Source: an uncultured Clostridia bacterium (GTDB lineage Bacteria; Bacillota; Clostridia; Oscillospirales; Acutalibacteraceae). From it: DNA of 47,871 nt. The position numbers were made by a program, and so were the translations under genes. A model generated the notes under the pieces. The model saw only the letters and a program-made list of their open reading frames with translations. It made no database searches and was not told the DNA's origin. How positions within the stretch are numbered: position 1 is the first letter of the stretch; the number at the start of each line of letters is the position of its first letter. Shown piece by piece: positions 36,968 through 44,700 of this stretch. The stretch covers positions 1 through 47,871 of the forward strand of contig CAMPBI010000001.1 in NCBI GenBank assembly GCA_946637545.1, in the 5' to 3' direction.

Positions 36968-38740
36968 CTACTTTTTAGTTTTAACTATTTTGGATTTTGA
37001 CCAAGAGGAATAGTATTTTGAGCCGCTTATGGTTTTATAGGTTCTGATTCTGACATAGTACTTTTTATTCGCCTCAAGCTTCTTAACGGTTACTTTGAGC
37101 GTTTTATTCTTATTTACAGTAACGGTTTTAGCATTTTTAAATTTGCTGCTTGTTGAATATTCAAGTTGATAGCCTGTAACAACCTTGTTCTGCTTCCACT
37201 GTGCAGTAAACGCCTTTTTCGCCGGTGCAAGCTTGGTAATGCTTGTGCCGCCGGGCAATGTGGGCGAAGTAAGAGTACGGCTCCAAGGGCTGTAATAGCT
37301 GTTTCCGTCGGCTGCTTTTATATAAAAGCGAGCGCGGAACTTATATGCATTGCCTGCTGCAAGACTCTTGAAGGTAGCTGAAGCGGACTTATCAGACTTA
37401 ACCGTTACCGTCTTGTCCCATTTTTTGCCATCCTTTGAGGAAATCTGAACCTGGTAGCCGTCAGCCGCGCTTATTATATTCCAAACAAGTGTTTCGGAAT
37501 TTACAGTTCTCTTTTTGCACTTAAAGCCGCCGAGCTTGCCGGTGGGAGCTGTGTACGAATCGATAAAGCTATCGCCGCAACGCGAGCAGGTGTGAGTTGT
37601 AAATCCGCAGCTTGTGTCGGTGGCGGGTGTAACAGCTTGCACATATTTGTGGTCGTGCGAAGCTTCCCTGCCGGTTTCGCTGACATCTGACTGAATGATG
37701 TCGGCTGTCAGGTCAAGCTTTAATGCGGGGCGGACGCCGAAGTTCGTGTTGCTGGCGCCGTAATAGTTGTCGCTCACCCAGCCATCGTATTCAACGCTGC
37801 ACGCAAGGTCGGAATAATAACCTGCCGAGCGAAGCCACCAGCGTGAATACCCGTCCGACGAATCGACATACAGCCCCTGACACTTTGCGTAATCGCTGCC
37901 CTGCGCCTGACGCGCGGAATCGTAGGAATACCTTTCAGCATCAAAGCCGTATGCAGTATTCATCATATCGCCGTAGGATAACAGAAAGACCTTGTCGGTT
38001 GACGAAGCACTGTTGTATGCGGAATAGGACTCGCTGTACGCGTTGTTATTCAGTTCGGTTAAAACGATTATGTCCTGCTGCGCGGGAGAGAATGCCGTGT
38101 TGTAAAAGTCATCGTTCAGCCACTGACGCAGAGAACTTTTTGCATAGTTATTTGCATAGTGCGTTTTATTTGCGCTTCCCCAGTATGCTTTATGACTGTA
38201 CTCGTCAGTGCCTGAATACAGTACATAATTGCTGTACGGCTGGCTGTCAATTATCGTATCACACAGCATAAGCCCCGTGGTATTATCAAGCACGCGCCAC
38301 TGCAGCTCCTCCCACTTAAACCAGTAGGTGCTGCCGCTTTGATTGTAACCGTTTTCATCCTGAAAAGTAGTTTTTGCCGAAGCCGTTAAGCCCGTATAGT
38401 ACGGACGGTAATGCGAAAACCTTACGCCGCGATACTTGCTTGCGTTAAAGATTACATCGGTATACTCCATATAATCCGACGGAGTCATATTTCCGTCGTC
38501 GTAACTGCCGGTACCGGTAAAATAGCCATAGGAGTGCCACACAGAGGACTGATTATTGAGTGCATCAACTAAAGCGGCGTCCGTGACCTTCGCCTGCGGA
38601 TACCAGCCGAAGGTCACAATTTCGCCCTGCTTATATTCACTAAACGCCTTTGCACTCGCCGAAACGGTGAAAAGTTCCGTGCCGAAAAGCATCAACACAC
38701 AGAGAAAAAATGCTATTGTGTTTTTAAGAATTCTTTTCAT
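36968..38740 (-). CDS. Secreted surface protein: DUF6273-like domain, Cys/His linker and two FN3-like domains
   Basis: Signal peptide. Motifs FGWYPQ, LQWRVLD, SSLRQWLNDDFYNTAFS, DKVFLLS and WWLRS...GVRPAL. A TCSRCG linker and a basic C-terminal FN3 (YYVRIRTYK...YSSWS). Confidence 0.8.
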   Translation of the reverse strand: MKRILKNTIAFFLCVLMLFGTELFTVSASAKAFSEYKQGEIVTFGWYPQAKVTDAALVDALNNQSSVWHSYGYFTGTGSYDDGNMTPSDYMEYTDVIFNASKYRGVRFSHYRPYYTGLTASAKTTFQDENGYNQSGSTYWFKWEELQWRVLDNTTGLMLCDTIIDSQPYSNYVLYSGTDEYSHKAYWGSANKTHYANNYAKSSLRQWLNDDFYNTAFSPAQQDIIVLTELNNNAYSESYSAYNSASSTDKVFLLSYGDMMNTAYGFDAERYSYDSARQAQGSDYAKCQGLYVDSSDGYSRWWLRSAGYYSDLACSVEYDGWVSDNYYGASNTNFGVRPALKLDLTADIIQSDVSETGREASHDHKYVQAVTPATDTSCGFTTHTCSRCGDSFIDSYTAPTGKLGGFKCKKRTVNSETLVWNIISAADGYQVQISSKDGKKWDKTVTVKSDKSASATFKSLAAGNAYKFRARFYIKAADGNSYYSPWSRTLTSPTLPGGTSITKLAPAKKAFTAQWKQNKVVTGYQLEYSTSSKFKNAKTVTVNKNKTLKVTVKKLEANKKYYVRIRTYKTISGSKYYSSWSKSKIVKTKK

Positions 38741-38776
38741 TTTAAGTCCTCTTTTGCTGCTTTTGTGCTTTGATTA

Positions 38777-41700
38777 TCAGCTAATCCATTCGGAGTCTGT
38801 CGGACGAGCCAGCGACTTTGCCTGATTGAAGCTGCTCATACATCCGCCGTAGTACAAATTCTTCTTATAATTATTATAGAATACGCGTACCTTGCCGTTT
38901 GCATCGGTATATTTAAGATAAGCTCTGGCGTCAATCTTTTGATTCTTCTTATTAGCGTCGTCGCCCTCGTAGGTAACAATGAGCGTGTAAAGACGGTAAT
39001 CACTGAAATTGCGGTGGTCATTTTTAATGCTGCCTGTACCCTTTGTGCAGTTCACATTAGTTACATAAATGAAATCGTTTTCAGCGGTGAGGTCCTTACG
39101 GGCTAATATCTTGTTGTCCTTTGCGTCCGTTTCAAATCTTTCGTTGTTTTCGTTGAGACCGGTAGTATCAACGCCGTTTACATTCCTGCCGTTATACTCA
39201 AGCTTGTATTTTGTGAGGTCGGCTACCTTATAGTTAGCGGTGAATTTTTTAATATTCTCTTCTGTAGCTACAACATAACCGTATTCGGCAGGCTGGCTTG
39301 AAAGACTGTCAACTTCAGAAAGCAGGGATTCACTCAAAGAGGTTATGAATCTCAAGCCTCCCGGGGTTGTGTCGGTTTCGTTTTCATTATAGTTGGGGTC
39401 GTTTAGTCCCGGCTCGCGAATCTCAACTCCCACAAGACCAAAGCCGCGTATACCCGCATCGCCATAGCTGCCGGTATCCCCGTCGTCCTGCTTTGCTACC
39501 TTGCCGACCTCAATCCACTTTGCGTAAAGGTGATAATCCGACGGATTTTCTGCATCCGTCTTGGGATACGTGTCACTTTCAAAATCAGCAGCTATCGTTG
39601 CGGAGCCTGCAGATTCTGTGTAGCCGCCGGCGTGATACCATCCGGCGAATACATACTCGTCGCCTGCAAAGCCGGGAATATCGTAGAAATGCTTAATCTT
39701 ACCCGACTCCAGGTCAGCAGGTCCGTAGGTCTTGAATACCTTGTCGTCATGACCCGGTCTGTTCTCGTGGAACACAATATTATAAACGGATTCGTCAACC
39801 ATTTCGACATAGCTTACAGACTTGTTGTTAACCTTGTTGATACCCTCAACGTCTATTGAAAACGGAATATCCGCTGCAAGCTTGTAATACTCGTTGTTCG
39901 GGGTGCTGACCTCGTGGAGCACATAGTCGCCGGGAACAAGGTCAACCGAAACAACGTCTGTGGTTGATGTAATATCATCAACAAGCACCTGCGTCTTGTC
40001 GCTGCTGAGTATCTGCAGTGAAGCGCCGGCAAGTCCGTCGCCGTTAGCGTCAACCTTCTTGATTTTTGCCTGCGTATTTGTTACAGAGTGATACGTGGTG
40101 TTACTCTGTACATTCAGGCTTCCGCCGTTTGCAGATGTGATATAAGCTGTATTGTCGATTGTATCACCGTTAGCTGCGCCCGTAACTGTTGCAGGCAGGA
40201 TAATAGTCATCGTTTCGCCGGGGTCGAGCTGTGCTATCGTGGCAGTAAACTTATCTCGTCCGCCTGCCTGCGTCTCGATGCTGTAAGTGATACCTGCAGC
40301 GCTGTTGATTGATACAGGTGTGTCGTCGCCCTTGCTAACCTTGGGTATGCTGTTGATTCTAAGGTTTGCCTCCAGTAAATCCTCAACGCTGATGTTGCGG
40401 ATTGGAACATACTTATCGGAGTTGGTGACAACAAGGCTGTATTCAATTGTACTGCCGTTAGCCACGCCCGCACGGTGTGAAGAGTCCTCACCCGATTCGG
40501 GGAATGCGTCCTTGACGATTAACGGGTTGGCGTAATGGAGCGTCAGATTGGTAATCGCCCGGCTCGAGTTCGGATTGCCGCCGACAAGCGCCTTTACAAT
40601 AGCCTCATTGTGCGTAATAAGGTCGTTCTCCTCACTTGTATCAGGCGAATGCATATTGATATTAAAGGAAAGTGCTTTTCTTGCCGGAAGAGTGAAGGCT
40701 CCGCCGTTTGAAGCGGTTCGGCAATCAATGGCAACCGCCTTTATAGTTGTTTTGTCGGAAGGAACGGTATCAGTCCAGAGCTCCGACCTTTCGACAATAT
40801 CAAGGTCCTCGGGAGTGACTGTGCCGTTCTTCACAAGGTAATACACCTTCGGCTGACAGTAAACGGGGGTGCTGCTTGTTGAGCTTGTATCCTCCATATT
40901 CTCAATAGCGGATACATTGACAGATTCAAAAGTGCCGCGCCATTCACAGTTTGAGCCGTTATAGCTGTTTTCTATAACGTCATAGATGATGACATTTTCG
41001 GCTTCGCTCTCGCCGTCCGAAAACGTGACATTATATGAATAGTCGGATGAAAGACCCACTGTCCTGTCCTCCATCATAAAGACGCCTTCTGTCTTAACAG
41101 CGCTGGTAAAGCCTGTAACATACTGGGAGGGCAGTTTGCAGTGTGTTGAATTGCTCGAGTATGCGGTGAATTCTTTATTCGCATCATTAATGCCCGTAAA
41201 GTATGACCTGGTCTTCTGGTCAAAGCTGGAAAGCAGAGCATCTCTTGAAACGGGAACGGTCTGCTTTTCAGTTGTATCGGTAAAGGCTACACAATTTATC
41301 TTGGTCGCACCGTTTGCCATAACGTTCGACATAGTAGTCTTCATCTTAAAAAAGACATTAAAGCCGTTTATCGCATTTGTATATGACGGGGGCAGATTAT
41401 CAGGTATACCGGTGATGGTTACTATCATCATCGTACGACCCGAATTTTCCCAGTTTTCAACAAACTCAACGGAATAAAGGCTTGACGGGAAATTGTTTGG
41501 GTTAGTGCTTTCCTTATTATAAGAATGCGGGCTCATAGAGTTTTGGACATTTCTTTCTTTTCTGCCCTGAACAAATATCGTGCTCTTATCGACTGTAAAG
41601 TTGTACGGAAGCAGGTCGTAGAACACGCCCGACTGCATCAGCTTGGCGGAGCCTGCACGGTTAAGTCCCCAGGCAGAAATCAGCACGGGGAATTCCTGTG

Positions 41701-44700
41701 TTCCCGCCTCGCTGTCAATCTGATAGTAATCGTTTCCGCTGCTGTCCTTTTTGTCCTCGGCGCAGATTGTGTTAACATAAAGATAGCTCTCGTCAGTCTT
41801 GAGCTCATATGAGCATATCATCGCGCCGCCCTGATCCATTCGCTTTGAATCGCGTACTTCGCTGCCGTCAACACAAAGCGAAGCATTATTTTTAATCAGG
41901 GTGTTCACGTTATTCACCATATTGTCCTGAACAAAGGAGTACACCTTGTTGGTAGAACGAAGGAAGAGTGTCGGGCAAACCATCATCTTCGTTGTGTAGA
42001 AGTCTGATTTGTGGACAATCTTATAGCCTGCCGTTCTTTCAGGCAGCGTAACCTCGCTGGCTAATGCTGCGCCGTAGTCATCCATCTCGCCGTTTGCCTG
42101 AACAGGCTCGTGGAAGTCGGAGGCAGTGAGCGTCCTGAAGAGTCTGAAGTCGTTGTCGTTTTCGCCTCTTGTCCAAATCTCGACATCGCCGTAGTCGCGG
42201 ATTGAACTGTGCACAAAGGGCTCCGACCACTCGCCGTTAACCTGGATGGCGTCGTATTCAGTGAGGTAAATATCGAGCTCGGTAAAGGAATAATCAGAGT
42301 CGGAGAGAACAACGTTGCTGCCGCAGTTCCAGTTATATCTGTCGCTTCCTGATACCGTGGACAAAACAACATCGCCGTGTCCCTTTGCTCCGTCGGTAAT
42401 CTGAATATCGCGCTCGTCAACAGAGTAGGTCTTTGAGGACGGATGCCATACCTTTTCCGAATCGCTGTTCGTATATTCCTGATACTCGATTTCATATTTC
42501 AGATTGTCAACGCCCTGACGGTTGAGAATCATCTCCGGTCCGCCGCTGATAATGCGGTCGGTACCCTTGCTGTATCCGAATATCTGCTTTTCAAACATAC
42601 GTCCCGGGCCGCTTGGGAGCAGGTAAACGCCGTCCTCTCTGCCGACACGAATCTGTTTTTTATAGCCTGAAAGCGACTCAATATTCAGTACCGCCTCGTT
42701 ATATACGGTTTTCCAGCCCGAATCGCTTGTCTTTCGCGGATGCTTGGTAACAACGGTTGTGTGATACGTGCCGGGATTCATATAGTTTGTTGCGGAATAC
42801 CCTGTGCCGTATTTCATCATAACTATCGAACCGTCGTGAACGGCATCCTCGCTCCAGGAGAACTTAAAGCGCTGGGTGTTTTTGCTGTCGAAGGTGGCAA
42901 TCAAATCCCAGACAACATAGAAATACTGATTAGCGTCCTGCGGAGCAGGTCCCCAGCTATCCTCCTGCCACTCAAAGTATACAGTGCTTCTGGTCTTTGA
43001 GGTGGAGGCGCTGACGTCGGTGTGAATCTCAAGGCTGAGGTCCTTTTGATAGTTGGTATCAAGGGAATCCTCAAGACTGCCGTTCAGGTTTCGGTCTACC
43101 TGAATGATTGCGGGGAAAGTATTTGTAAAATAATCTCCGCCGAAGTAGCCGTTTTCATCCGTGTATCCGCCGTCAACCTGACGCAAATCAGAAGGATCGA
43201 GCCTGTAGTCTATCTGGAACACCTGGTCGTTGAACGCAGAGTCCTGGTCGATTTTTTCGTTATTTGTTATGATATAGTAATCGGGGTCGCTATCATCGTA
43301 AATGAAGTGGCAGTTTGCCGTATCGGTCTTGGATAAGCCGTTGGCGATATTATTGCTGCCGACCTTTCTGCCGTCCTTCGTCTGATAGATGTACTTCGGA
43401 ACCTTGATTTTTACGGAGCCTATCGGCAGTTCTCTTTTGTCTTTTGCCGCCTCAACCTTATCAAAGGCAAAGCGGATATAGACCGTTGAGGAAAGCGCGG
43501 CGTTTCCGTTTGTAGGAGCAATTACAAGGTTATCTCCGAGGTTGGTTGCATATTCGTTTGATACAGTATCCCACTTGACGGTGTATTTATACAGGTCGTC
43601 CTGAGCCTGAATGTAATTACTGTCTGCAGTAATCCACTTTGCATAATATGTGGTGTCGCTTGTAATAGGTGTGCTCGTCGTAAGCTTTGTACTCTCGTCG
43701 CCGAGATCGGAATACCAGCCGCCGAAAATATATCCGCCGGAACGGTTAGCGCCGGGCAGATGCTTGACGCTTGCGCCGCTGTAAACCGTCGTTGTTGCAT
43801 CAGATGGCAGATAGAGCGCGCCGTCGCCTGCATCAAAGGTTAATGTAACCTCCTTTGCAACCCAATGAGCATAGAGGTCGCAGCTGCTCTCCGGCACAAA
43901 GGTGTAATCCTTCTTCTCGCCGCCGTTTGCCGCGGTGTACCAGCCGAGGAATTCATAAGCTGTGCCTCCTTCAGATTTGCTTGGCACCGGGAGTTCCTCA
44001 ACTTTATTTCCTGCGTACACCCTTATTCTGTAGTATTCGGTATTACCGGACTTGCCGACATAGCTATTTGGCAAAGTGCCGCCGTCCGTGTGCAGGGTAA
44101 CCTCATAAATGCCTTTAGTTTTCCAATGAGCCTCGACAGTTTTGCCGTGACTCATATCTATTGTGTAGGTATCGTGCGTCTCGAGATACTCTGTTATATT
44201 AGTTTCGTTAAAGTACCAGCCATCGAAGTCATCTTCATCCCTGAAGGTAGGCAGGGTTGGTATTGAGCTTGTCGGATTAGCCTGTGCATACTGATAGCTT
44301 GCCACAACATATTTGTCGCTGTCCTGGATGGGATAATTACCGAAGGTTTCATAAACGCCGCCGTTTGTTTCAAATTCAGGCTGATAGCCCCAGCGTGCGT
44401 AGTATGTTTTTGTGTCAGTGGCTGCCTTGTCCGATGCAGAAACAATAGGTGTGCCGTCGTTATCTTCAGCAGAGGTGATTTCGTCTCCCCAGTCGCCGCC
44501 GGTACCGTTCTTTGTGTACCAGCTTATCAGCGTCCCGTTATTGTTAACAGGCGTTGGAATTACGCCGAAATTCTGGTTGTATTTATACTGGCGGATTACC
44601 GTATTTGTGGTGCCTGCCTTTGTTTCGAAATATCCGCCGTTAGCGTCAAAGGTAACAACCGGATTCTCAAACCAGTGTGCGTAAAGAGTATCATACTGCG

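Noticed and set aside
36968-38777. Complete diversity-generating retroelement
   Set aside because: No reverse transcriptase, accessory gene or AAC-rich template repeat is visible in the window; only a VR-like segment is present.
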